A stretch of 64,000 bases of DNA from the human T2T-CHM13v2.0 reference genome, Homo sapiens, in NCBI RefSeq assembly GCF_009914755.1, contig NC_060939.1. One strand, 5' to 3'. Positions within the stretch are counted from its first letter, which is position 1; every line of letters begins with the position of its first letter. A model generated the notes under the pieces. The model was not told where the DNA came from. It made no database searches and worked only from the letters and a program-made list of their open reading frames with translations. This document shows positions 13,201 through 27,067 of the stretch, piece after piece. Both the position numbers and the translations under genes were made by a program.

Positions 13201-16200
13201 CACTCGATTCCACTTCGTTCCATTTCATTGCATTCCATTCTATTCAACTCTATTGCCTTCCATTCCATTCCATTCGATTACATTCCATGCGATTCCATTC
13301 GAAATCGAATCAATTACATTGCAATCCATTACTATTGAGTCCGTTTTATTCCAGTCCACTGCATTCTGGTCCATTCCATTTGATTCCATTCCATTCTATT
13401 CCATTCCATACAGTTGCATTCCATTGGATTCCATGCTATATCTATAAATTCAATTCGAGACCATTGCTTTTGAGTCCATTCTATATGATTCCATTCCTTT
13501 CAAGTCCATTACATTTGGTTAAATTCCATTCCATTCGGTTCAATTCCATTCCATTCCATTCCCTTCCATTCCATTCCAGTTGATATCAATCCATTCGATT
13601 CCATTCCATTCGAGCACATTCCATTCGAGTCCATTCCATTCGATGCCATTCCATTTGATTCTATTCCATTAGTCTCCATTCAATTCCATTAATCTCCATT
13701 CCATTCCATTCTACTCCAACTGATTCCATTCCATTCTATTCCTTTTTATTCCATTTCATTCCATTCCATTCCATTCCATTCCATTCGTGTCCATTCCACT
13801 CCAGTCCATTCCATTCGTATCCATTCCATTCCAGTCCATTCCATTTGTGTCCACTGCATTCCATTCCACTCCATTCCATATTATTCCATTACACTCCATT
13901 CCATTCTATTACTTTCATTTCCATTCAATTCCATTCCATTTGATTCCACTCCACTCGGTTTCATTCCATTTGAGTCCACTCCATTCCATTCCATTCCATT
14001 CAGTTCCATTCCATTCTGTTCCATTCCATTCCGTTCCATTACATTCCATTCCATTCGGTACCATTCCATATTGTTCCATTCGATTCCATTCGAATCCATT
14101 CCATTCCAGTCCATTCCATTCGATTCCATTCCATTCATTTCAATTCCATTCCATTCCATTCCATTACATTCCACTTGATTCCTCTCCATTCCCTTCCACT
14201 GCATTCCGTTCGATTCCATTCCATTGCATTGCATTCCATTCCATTGGATTGCATTCCATTCGATTCCATTCCATTCGAATCAATTACATAGCAATCCATT
14301 ACATTCGAGTCTATTCTCTTCCGTTCCATTCGATTTCGTTCCAATCCATTCGATTCCATTCCATTCGATTCCATTCCATACTATTGCATTCCATTCGATT
14401 ACATTATATTCGAATAAGTTCCATTCAAGACCATTTCTTTTGAGTCCATTCTATTTGAGTCCATTCCCTTTGATTCCATAACATTTGAGTCCATTCAATT
14501 CCATTCCTTTCGTTTCCATTCCATTTGATGCCATTCCATTCAATTCTGTTCTACTCGACTCCAATACATTCAATTCCATTCCATCCGATTCCATTACATT
14601 CTTTTCATTTCTTATCCATTTCAAGCCATTCCACTCCATTCCATTCCACTCGTTTCCTTTCCATTCGAGTCCATTCCTCTCCAGTCCATTCCGTTCAATC
14701 CATTCCATTCCAGTCCATTCCATTCGAGTCCGTTCCATTCCAGTCCATTCCATTCGAGTCAATTCCATTCCATTCGATGTCTTTCCATAACGATCCATTC
14801 CATTCTATTCCTTTCGATTCCATTCCATTCTATTTCATTCCATTCGATTCCCTTCCATTGGACTCCTTTCCATTCGAGTGCATTCCATTCCGTTCCATTT
14901 CTTTCCGTTCTGTACGATTCCTACCGTTCGATTTCATTTTGTTCCAGTCCATTCCTTTCGCGTCCATTCCATTCCGTTTCACTCCATTCGATTCCATTCC
15001 ACTCGATTCCACTTCGTTCCATTTCATTGCATTCCATTCTATTCAACTCTATTGCCTTCCATTCCATTCCATTCGATTACATTCCATGCGATTCCATTCG
15101 AAATCGAATCAATTACATTGCAATCCATTACTATTGAGTCCGTTTTATTCCAGTCCACTGCATTCTGGTCCATTCCATTTGATTCCATTCCATTCTATTC
15201 CATTCCATACAGTTGCATTCCATTGGATTCCATGCTATATCTATAAATTCAATTCGAGACCATTGCTTTTGAGTCCATTCTATATGATTCCATTCCATTC
15301 AAGTCCATTACATTTGGTTAAATTCCATTCCATTCGGTTCAATTCCATTCCATTCCATTCCCTTCCATTCCATTCCAGTTGATATCAATCCATTCGATTC
15401 CATTCCATTCGAGCACATTCCATTCGAGTCCATTCCATTCGATGCCATTCCATTTGATTCTATTCCATTAGTCTCCATTCAATTCCATTAATCTCCATTC
15501 CATTCCATTCTACTCCAACTGATTCCATTCCATTCCTTTTTATTCCATTTCATTCCATTCCATTCCATTCCATTCCATTCCATTCGTGTCCATTCCACTC
15601 CAGTCCATTCCATTCGTATCCATTCCATTCCAGTCCATTCCATTTGTGTCCACTGCATTCCATTCCACTCCATTCCATATTATTCCATTACACTCCATTC
15701 CATTCTATTACTTTCATTTCCATTCAATTCCATTCCATTTGATTCCATTCCACTCGGTTTCATTCCATTTGAGTCCACTCCATTCCATTCCATTCCATTC
15801 AGTTCCATTCCATTCTGTTCCATTCCATTCCGTTCCGTTACATTCCATTCCATTCGGTACCATTCCATATTGTTCCATTCGATTCCATTCGAATCCATTC
15901 CATTCCAGTCCATTCCATTCGATTCCATTCCATTCATTTCAATTCCATTCCATTCCATTCCATTACATTCCACTTGATTCCTCTCCATTCCCTTCCACTG
16001 CATTCCGTTCGATTCCATTCCATTGCATTGCATTCCATTCCATTGGATTGCATTCCATTCGATTCCATTCCATTCGAATCAATTACATAGCAATCCATTA
16101 CATTCGAGTCTATTCTCTTCCGTTCCATTCGATTTCGTTCCAATCCATTCGATTCCATTCCATTCGATTCCATTCCATACTATTGCATTCCATTCGATTA

Positions 16201-16249
16201 CATTATATTCGAATAAGTTCCATTCAAGACCATTTCTTTTGAGTCCATT

Positions 16250-19200
16250 CTATTTGAGTCCATTCCCTTTGATTCCATAACATTTGAGTCCATTCAATTC
16301 CATTCCTTTCGTTTGCATTCCATTTGATGCCATTCCATTCAATTCTGTTCTACTCGACTCCAATACATTCAATTCCATTCCATCCGATTCCATTACATTC
16401 TTTTCATTTCTTATCCATTTCAAGCCATTCCACTCCATTCCATTCCACTCGTTTCCTTTCCATTCGAGTCCATTCCTCTCCAGTCCATTCCGTTCAATCC
16501 ATTCCATTCCAGTCCATTCCATTCGAGTCCGTTCCATTCCAGTCCATTCCATTCGAGTCAATTCCATTGCATTCGATGTCTTTCCATAACGATCCATTCC
16601 ATTCTATTCCTTTCGATTCCATTCCATTCTATTTCATTCCATTCGATTCCCTTCCATTGGACTCCTTTCCATTCGAGTGCATTCCATTCCGTTCCATTTC
16701 TTTCCGTTCTGTACGATTCCTACCGTTCGATTTCATTTTGTTCCAGTCCATTCTTTCGCGTCCATTCCATTCCATTTCACTCCATTCGATTCCATTCCAC
16801 TCGATTCCACTTCGTTCCATTTCATTGCATTCCATTCTATTCAACTCTATTGCCTTCCATTCCATTCCATTCGATTACATTCCATGCGATTCCATTCGAA
16901 ATCGAATCAATTACATTGCAATCCATTACTATTGAGTCCGTTTTATTCCAGTCCACTGCATTCTGGTCCATTCCATTTGATTCCATTCCATTCTATTCCA
17001 TTCCATACAGTTGCATTCCATTGGATTCCATGCTATATCTATAAATTCAATTCGAGACCATTGCTTTTGAGTCCATTCTATATGATTCCATTCCATTCAA
17101 GTCCATTACATTTGGTTAAATTCCATTCCATTCGGTTCAATTCCATTCCATTCCATTCCCTTCCATTCCATTCCAGTTGATATCAATCCATTCGATTCCA
17201 TTCCATTCGAGCACATTCCATTCGAGTCCATTCCATTCGATGCCATTCCATTTGATTCTATTCCATTAGTCTCCATTCAATTCCATTAATCTCCATTCCA
17301 TTCCATTCTACTCCAACTGATTCCATTCCATTCCATTCCTTTTTATTCCATTTCATTCCATTCCATTCCATTCCATTCCATTCCATTCGTGTCCATTCCA
17401 CTCCAGTCCATTCCATTCGTATCCATTCCATTCCAGTCCATTCCATTTGTGTCCACTGCATTCCATTCCACTCCATTCCATATTATTCCATTACACTCCA
17501 TTCCATTCTATTACTTTCATTTCCATTCAATTCCATTCCATTTGATTCCATTCCACTCGGTTTCATTCCATTTGAGTCCACTCCATTCCATTCCATTCCA
17601 TTCAGTTCCATTCCATTCTGTTCCATTCCATTCCGTTCCATTACATTCCATTCCATTCGGTACCATTCCATATTGTTCCATTCGATTCCATTCGAATCCA
17701 TTCCATTCCAGTCCATTCCATTCGATTCCATTCCATTCATTTCAATTCCATTCCATTCCATTCCATTACATTCCACTTGATTCCTCTCCATTCCCTTCCA
17801 CTGCATTCCGTTCGATTCCATTCCATTGCATTGCATTCCATTCCATTGGATTGCATTCCATTCGATTCCATTCCATTCGAATCAATTACATAGCAATCCA
17901 TTACATTCGAGTCTATTCTCTTCCGTTCCATTCGATTTCGTTCCAATCCATTCGATTCCATTCCATTCGATTCCATTCCATACTATTGCATTCCATTCGA
18001 TTACATTATATTCGAATAAGTTCCATTCAAGACCATTTCTTTTGAGTCCATTCTATTTGAGTCCATTCCCTTTGATTCCATAACATTTGAGTCCATTCAA
18101 TTCCATTCCTTTCGTTTCCATTCCATTTGATGCCATTCCATTCAATTCTGTTCTACTCGACTCCAATACATTCAATTCCATTCCATCCGATTCCATTACA
18201 TTCTTTTCATTTCTTATCCATTTCAAGCCATTCCACTCCATTCCATTCCACTCGTTTCTTTTCCATTCGAGTCCATTCCTCTCCAGTCCATTCCGTTCAA
18301 TCCATTCCATTCCAGTCCATTCCATTCGAGTCCGTTCCATTCCAGTCCATTCCATTCGAGTCAATTCCATTCCATTCGATGTCTTTCCATAACGATCCAT
18401 TCCATTCTATTCCTTTCGATTCCATTCTATTCTATTTCATTCCATTCGATTCCCTTCCATTGGACTCCTTTCCATTCGAGTGCATTCCATTCCGTTCCAT
18501 TTCTTTCCGTTCTGTACGATTCCTACCGTTCAATTTCATTTTGTTCCAGTCCATTCTTTCGCGTCCATTCCATTCCATTTCACTCCATTCGATTCCATTC
18601 CACTCGATTCCACTTCGTTCCATTTCATTGCATTCCATTCTATTCAACTCTATTGCCTTCCATTCCATTCCATTCGATTACATTCCATGCGATTCCATTC
18701 GAAATCGAATCAATTACATTGCAATCCATTACTATTGAGTCCGTTTTATTCCAGTCCACTGCATTCTGGTCCATTCCATTTGATTCCATTCCATTCTATT
18801 CCATTCCATACAGTTGCATTCCATTGGATTCCATGCTATATCTATAAATTCAATTCGAGACCATTGCTTTTGAGTCCATTCTATATGATTCCATTCCATT
18901 CAAGTCCATTACATTTGGTTAAATTCCATTCCATTCGGTTCAATTCCATTCCATTCCATTCCCTTCCATTCCATTCCAGTTGATATCAATCCATTCGATT
19001 CCATTCCATTCGAGCACATTCCATTCGAGTCCATTCCATTCGATGCCATTCCATTTGATTCTATTCCATTAGTCTCCATTCAATTCCATTAATCTCCATT
19101 CCATTCCATTCTACTCCAACTGATTCCATTCCATTCTATTCCTTTTTATTCCATTTCATTCCATTCCATTCCATTCCATTCCATTCCATTCGTGTCCATT

Positions 19201-22200
19201 CCACTCCAGTCCATTCCATTCGTATCCATTCCATTCCAGTCCATTCCATTTGTGTCCACTGCATTCCATTCCACTCCATTCCATATTATTCCATTACACT
19301 CCATTCCATTCTATTACTTTCATTTCCATTCAATTCCATTCCATTTGATTCCATTCCACTCGGTTTCATTCCATTTGAGTCCACTCCATTCCATTCCATT
19401 CCATTCAGTTCCATTCCATTCTGTTCCATTCCATTCCGTTCCATTACATTCCATTCCATTCGGTACCATTCCATATTGTTCCATTCGATTCCATTCGAAT
19501 CCATTCCATTCCAGTCCATTCCATTCGATTCCATTCCATTCATTTCAATTCCATTCCATTCCATTCCATTACATTCCACTTGATTCCTCTCCATTCCCTT
19601 CCACTGCATTCCGTTCGATTCCATTCCATTGCATTGCATTCCATTCCATTGGATTGCATTCCATTCGATTCCATTCCATTCGAATCAATTACATAGCAAT
19701 CCATTACATTCGAGTCTATTCTCTTCCGTTCCATTCGATTTCGTTCCAATCCATTCGATTCCATTCCATTCGATTCCATTCCATACTATTGCATTCCATT
19801 CGATTACATTATATTCGAATAAGTTCCATTCAAGACCATTTCTTTTGAGTCCATTCTATTTGAGTCCATTCCCTTTGATTCCATAACATTTGAGTCCATT
19901 CAATTCCATTCCTTTCGTTTCCATTCCATTTGATGCCATTCCATTCAATTCTGTTCTACTCGACTCCAATACATTCAATTCCATTCCATCCGATTCCATT
20001 ACATTCTTTTCATTTCTTATCCATTTCAAGCCATTCCACTCCATTCCATTCAACTCGTTTCCTTTCCATTCGAGTCCATTCCTCTCCAGTCCATTCCGTT
20101 CAATCCATTCCATTCCAGTCCATTCCATTCGAGTCCGTTCCATTCCAGTCCATTCCATTCGAGTCAATTCCATTCCATTCGATGTCTTTCCATAACGATC
20201 CATTCCATTCTATTCCTTTCGATTCCATTACATTCTATTTCATTCCATTCGATTCCCTTCCATTGGACTCCTTTCCATTCGAGTGCATTCCATTCCGTTC
20301 CATTTCTTTCCGTTCTGTACGATTCCTACCGTTCGATTTCATTTTGTTCCAGTCCATTCTTTCGCGTCCATTCCATTCCATTTCACTCCATTCGATTCCA
20401 TTCCACTCGATTCCACTTCGTTCCATTTCATTGCATTCCATTCTATTCAACTCTATTGCCTTCCATTCCATTCCATTCGATTACATTCCATGCGATTCCA
20501 TTCGAAATCGAATCAATTACATTGCAATTCATTACTATTGAGTCCGTTTTATTCCAGTCCACTGCATTCTGGTCCATTCCATTTGATTCCATTCCATTCT
20601 ATTCCATTCCATACAGTTGCATTCCATTGGATTCCATGCTATATCTATAAATTCAATTCGAGACCATTGCTTTTGAGTCCATTCTATATGATTCCATTCC
20701 ATTCAAGTCCATTACATTTGGTTAAATTCCATTCCATTCGGTTCAATTCCATTCCATTCCATTCCCTTCCATTCCATTCCAGTTGATATCAATCCATTCG
20801 ATTCCATTCCATTCGAGCACATTCCATTCGAGTCCATTCCATTCGATGCCATTCCATTTGATTCTATTCCATTAGTCTCCATTCAATTCCATTAATCTCC
20901 ATTCCATTCCATTCTACTCCAACTGATTCCATTCCATTCTATTCCTTTTTATTCCATTTCATTCCATTCCATTCCATTCCATTCCATTCCATTCGTGTCC
21001 ATTCCACTCCAGTCCATTCCATTCGTATCCATTCCATTCCAGTCCATTCCATTTGTGTCCACTGCATTCCATTCCACTCCATTCCATATTATTCCATTAC
21101 ACTCCATTCCATTCTATTACTTTCATTTCCATTCAATTCCATTCCATTTGATTCCATTCCACTCGGTTTCATTCCATTTGAGTCCACTCCATTCCATTCC
21201 ATTCCATTCAGTTCCATTCCATTCTGTTCCATTCCATTCCGTTCCATTACATTCCATTCCATTCGGTACCATTCCATATTGTTCCATTCGATTCCATTCG
21301 AATCCATTCCATTCCAGTCCATTCCATTCGATTCCATTCCATTCATTTCAATTCCATTCCATTCCATTCCATTACATTCCACTTGATTCCTCTCCATTCC
21401 CTTCCACTGCATTCCGTTCGATTCCATTCCATTCCATTGCATTCCATTCCATTGGATTGCATTCCATTCGATTCCATTCCATTCGAATCAATTACATAGC
21501 AATCCATTACATTCGAGTCTATTCTCTTCCGTTCCATTCGATTTCGTTCCAATCCATTCGATTCCATTCCATTCGATTCCATTCCATACTATTGCATTCC
21601 ATTCGATTACATTATATTCGAATAAGTTCCATTCAAGACCATTTCTTTTGAGTCCATTCTATTTGAGTCCATTCCCTTTGATTCCATAACATTTGAGTCC
21701 ATTCAATTCCATTCCTTTCGTTTCCATTCCATTTGATGCCATTCCATTCAATTCTGTTCTACTCGACTCCAATACATTCAATTCCATTCCATCCGATTCC
21801 ATTACATTCTTTTCATTTCTTATCCATTTCAAGCCATTCCACTCCATTCCATTCAACTCGTTTCCTTTCCATTCGAGTCCATTCCTCTCCAGTCCATTCC
21901 GTTCAATCCATTCCATTCCAGTCCATTCCATTCGAGTCCGTTCCATTCCAGTCCATTCCATTCGAGTCAATTCCATTCCATTCGATGTCTTTCCATAACG
22001 ATCCATTCCATTCTATTCCTTTCGATTCCATTCTATTCTATTTCATTCCATTCGATTCCCTTCCATTGGACTCCTTTCCATTCGAGTGCATTCCATTCCG
22101 TTCCATTTCTTTCCGTTCTGTACGATTCCTACCGTTCGATTTCATTTTGTTCCAGTCCATTCTTTCGCGTCCATTCCATTCCATTTCACTCCATTCGATT

Positions 22201-25200
22201 CCATTCCACTCGATTCCACTTCGTTCCATTTCATTGCATTCCATTCTATTCAACTCTATTGCCTTCCATTCCATTCCATTCGATTACATTCCATGCGATT
22301 CCATTCGAAATCGAATCAATTACATTGCAATCCATTACTATTGAGTCCGTTTTATTCCAGTCCACTGCATTCTGGTCCATTCCATTTGATTCCATTCCAT
22401 TCTATTCCATTCCATACAGTTGCATTCCATTGGATTCCATGCTATATCTATAAATTCAATTCGAGACCATTGCTTTTGAGTCCATTCTATATGATTCCAT
22501 TCCATTCAAGTCCATTACATTTGGTTCAATTCCATTCCATTCGGTTCAATTCCATTCCATTCCATTCCCTTCCATTCCATTCCAGTTGATATCAATCCAT
22601 TCGATTCCATTCCATTCGAGCACATTCCATTCGAGTCCATTCCATTCGATGCCATTCCATTTGATTCTATTCCATTAGTCTCCATTCAATTCCATTAATC
22701 TCCATTCCATTCCATTCTACTCCAACTGATTCCATTCCATTCTATTCATTTCCATTCCATTTCATTCCATTCCATTCCATTCCATTCCATTCCATTCGTG
22801 TCCATTCCACTCCAGTCCATTCCATTCGTATCCATTCCATTCCAGTCCATTCCATTTGTGTCCACTGCATTCCATTCCACTCCATTCCATATTATTCCAT
22901 TACACTCCATTCCATTCTATTACTTTCATTTCCATTCAATTCCATTCCATTTGATTCCATTCCACTCGGTTTCATTCCATTTGAGTCCACTCCATTCCAT
23001 TCCATTCCATTCAGTTCCATTCCATTCTGTTCCATTCCATTCCGTTCCATTACATTCCATTCCATTCGGTACCATTCCATATTGTTCCATTCGATTCCAT
23101 TCGAATCCATTCCATTCCAGTCCATTCCATTCGATTCCATTCCATTCATTTCAATTCCATTCCATTCCATTCCATTACATTCCACTTGATTCCTCTCCAT
23201 TCCCTTCCACTGCATTCCGTTCGATTCCATTCCATTGCATTGCATTCCATTCCATTGGATTGCATTCCATTCGATTCCATTCCATTCGAATCAATTACAT
23301 AGCAATCCATTACATTCGAGTCTATTCTCTTCCGTTCCATTCGATTTCGTTCCAATCCATTCGATTCCATTCCATTCGATTCCATTCCATACTATTGCAT
23401 TCCATTCGATTACATTATATTCGAATAAGTTCCATTCAAGACCATTTCTTTTGAGTCCATTCTATTTGAGTCCATTCCCTTTGATTCCATAACATTTGAG
23501 TCCATTCAATTCCATTCCTTTCGTTTCCATTCCATTTGATGCCATTCCATTCAATTCTGTTCTACTCGACTCCAATACATTCAATTCCATTCCATCCGAT
23601 TCCATTACATTCTTTTCATTTCTTATCCATTTCAAGCCATTCCACTCCATTCCATTCCACTCGTTTCCTTTCCATTCGAGTCCATTCCTCTCCAGTCCAT
23701 TCCGTTCAATCCATTCCATTCCAGTCCATTCCATTCGAGTCCGTTCCATTCCAGTCCATTCCATTCGAGTCAATTCCATTCCATTCGATGTCTTTCCATA
23801 ACGATCCATTCCATTCTATTCCTTTCGATTCCATTCCATTCTATTTCATTCCATTCGATTCCCTTCCATTGGACTCCTTTCCATTCGAGTGCATTCCATT
23901 CCGTTCCATTTCTTTCCGTTCTGTACGATTCCTACCGTTCGATTTCATTTTGTTCCAGTCCATTCTTTCGCGTCCATTCCATTCCATTTCACTCCATTCG
24001 ATTCCATTCCACTCGATTCCACTTCGTTCCATTTCATTGCATTCCATTCTATTCAACTCTATTGCCTTCCATTCCATTCCATTCGATTACATTCCATGCG
24101 ATTCCATTCGAAATCGAATCAATTACATTGCAATCCATTACTATTGAGTCCGTTTTATTCCAGTCCACTGCATTCTGGTCCATTCCATTTGATTCCATTC
24201 CATTCTATTCCATTCCATACAGTTGCATTCCATTGGATTCCATGCTATATCTATAAATTCAATTCGAGACCATTGCTTTTGAGTCCATTCTATATGATTC
24301 CATTCCATTCAAGTCCATTACATTTGGTTAAATTCCATTCCATTCGGTTCAATTCCATTCCATTCCATTCCCTTCCATTCCATTCCAGTTGATATCAATC
24401 CATTCGATTCCATTCCATTCGAGCACATTCCATTCGAGTCCATTCCATTCGATGCCATTCCATTTGATTCTATTCCATTAGTCTCCATTCAATTCCATTA
24501 ATCTCCATTCCATTCCATTCTACTCCAACTGATTCCATTCCATTCTATTCCTTTTTATTCCATTTCATTCCATTCCATTCCATTCCATTCCATTCCATTC
24601 GTGTCCATTCCACTCCAGTCCATTCCATTCGTATCCATTCCATTCCAGTCCATTCCATTTGTGTCCACTGCATTCCATTCCACTCCATTCCATATTATTC
24701 CATTACACTCCATTCCATTCTATTACTTTCATTTCCATTCAATTCCATTCCATTTGATTCCATTCCACTCGGTTTCATTCCATTTGAGTCCACTCCATTC
24801 CATTCCATTCCATTCAGTTCCATTCCATTCTGTTCCATTCCATTCCGTTCCATTACATTCCATTCCATTCGGTACCATTCCATATTGTTCCATTCGATTC
24901 CATTCGAATCCATTCCATTCCAGTCCATTCCATTCGATTCCATTCCATTCATTTCAATTCCATTCCATTCCATTCCATTACATTCCACTTGATTCCTCTC
25001 CATTCCCTTCCACTGCATTCCGTTCGATTCCATTCCATTGCATTGCATTCCATTCCATTGGATTGCATTCCATTCGATTCCATTCCATTCGAATCAATTA
25101 CATAGCAATCCATTACATTCGAGTCTATTCTCTTCCGTTCCATTCGATTTCGTTCCAATCCATTCGATTCCATTCCATTCGATTCCATTCCATACTATTG

Positions 25201-27067
25201 CATTCCATTCGATTACATTATATTCGAATAAGTTCCATTCAAGACCATTTCTTTTGAGTCCATTCTATTTGAGTCCATTCCCTTTGATTCCATAACATTT
25301 GAGTCCATTCAATTCCATTCCTTTCGTTTCCATTCCATTTGATGCCATTCCATTCAATTCTGTTCTACTCGACTCCAATACATTCAATTCCATTCCATCC
25401 GATTCCATTACATTCTTTTCATTTCTTATCCATTTCAAGCCATTCCACTCCATTCCATTCCACTCGTTTCCTTTCCATTCGAGTCCATTCCTCTCCAGTC
25501 CATTCCGTTCAATCCATTCCATTCCAGTCCATTCCATTCGAGTCCGTTCCATTCCAGTCCATTCCATTCGAGTCAATTCCATTCCATTCGATGTCTTTCC
25601 ATAACGATCCATTCCATTCTATTCCTTTCGATTCCATTCCATTCTATTTCATTCCATTCGATTCCCTTCCATTGGACTCCTTTCCATTCGAGTGCATTCC
25701 ATTCCGTTCCATTTCTTTCCGTTCTGTACGATTCCTACCGTTCGGTTTCATTTTGTTCCAGTCCATTCTTTCGCGTCCATTCCATTCCATTTCACTCCAT
25801 TCGATTCCATTCCACTCGATTCCACTTCGTTCCATTTCATTGCATTCCATTCTATTCAACTCTATTGCCTTCCATTCCATTCCATTCGATTACATTCCAT
25901 GCGATTCCATTCGAAATCGAATCAATTACATTGCAATCCATTACTATTGAGTCCGTTTTATTCCAGTCCACTGCATTCTGGTCCATTCCATTTGATTCCA
26001 TTCCATTCTATTCCATTCCATACAGTTGCATTCCATTGGATTCCATGCTATATCTATAAATTCAATTCGAGACCATTGCTTTGGAGTCCATTCTATATGA
26101 TTCCATTCCATTCAAGTCCATTACATTTGGTTAAATTCCATTCCATTCGGTTCAATTCCATTCCATTCCATTCCCTTCCATTCCATTCCAGTTGATATCA
26201 ATCCATTCGATTCCATTCCATTCGAGCACATTCCATTCGAGTCCATTCCATTCGATGCCATTCCATTTGATTCTATTCCATTAGTCTCCATTCAATTCCA
26301 TTAATCTCCATTCCATTCCATTCTACTCCAACTGATTCCATTCCATTCTATTCCTTTTTATTCCATTTCATTCCATTCCATTCCATTCCATTCCATTCCA
26401 TTCGTGTCCATTCCACTCCAGTCCATTCCATTCGTATCCATTCCATTCCAGTCCATTCCATTTGTGTCCACTGCATTCCATTCCACTCCATTCCATATTA
26501 TTCCATTACACTCCATTCCATTCTATTACTTTCATTTCCATTCAATTCCATTCCATTTGATTCCATTCCACTCGGTTTCATTCCATTTGAGTCCACTCCA
26601 TTCCATTCCATTCCATTCAGTTCCATTCCATTCTGTTCCATTCCATTCCGTTCCATTACATTCCATTCCATTCGGTACCATTCCATATTGTTCCATTCGA
26701 TTCCATTCGAATCCATTCCATTCCAGTCCATTCCATTCGATTCCATTCCATTCATTTCAATTCCATTCCATTCCATTCCATTACATTCCACTTGATTCCT
26801 CTCCATTCCCTTCCACTGCATTCCGTTCGATTCCATTCCATTGCATTGCATTCCATTCCATTGGATTGCATTCCATTCGATTCCATTCCATTCGAATCAA
26901 TTACATAGCAATCCATTACATTCGAGTCTATTCTCTTCCGTTCCATTCGATTTCGTTCCAATCCATTCGATTCCATTCCATTCGATTCCATTCCATACTA
27001 TTGCATTCCATTCGATTACATTATATTCGAATAAGTTCCATTCAAGACCATTTCTTTTGAGTCCATT
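16250..27067 (+). repeat. Homogeneous run of six consecutive 1803-bp subtype-A-length units
   Basis: Landmark spacing is exactly 1803 six times in a row (16250 to 27068), and only scattered substitutions are seen between copies. Confidence 0.88.
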
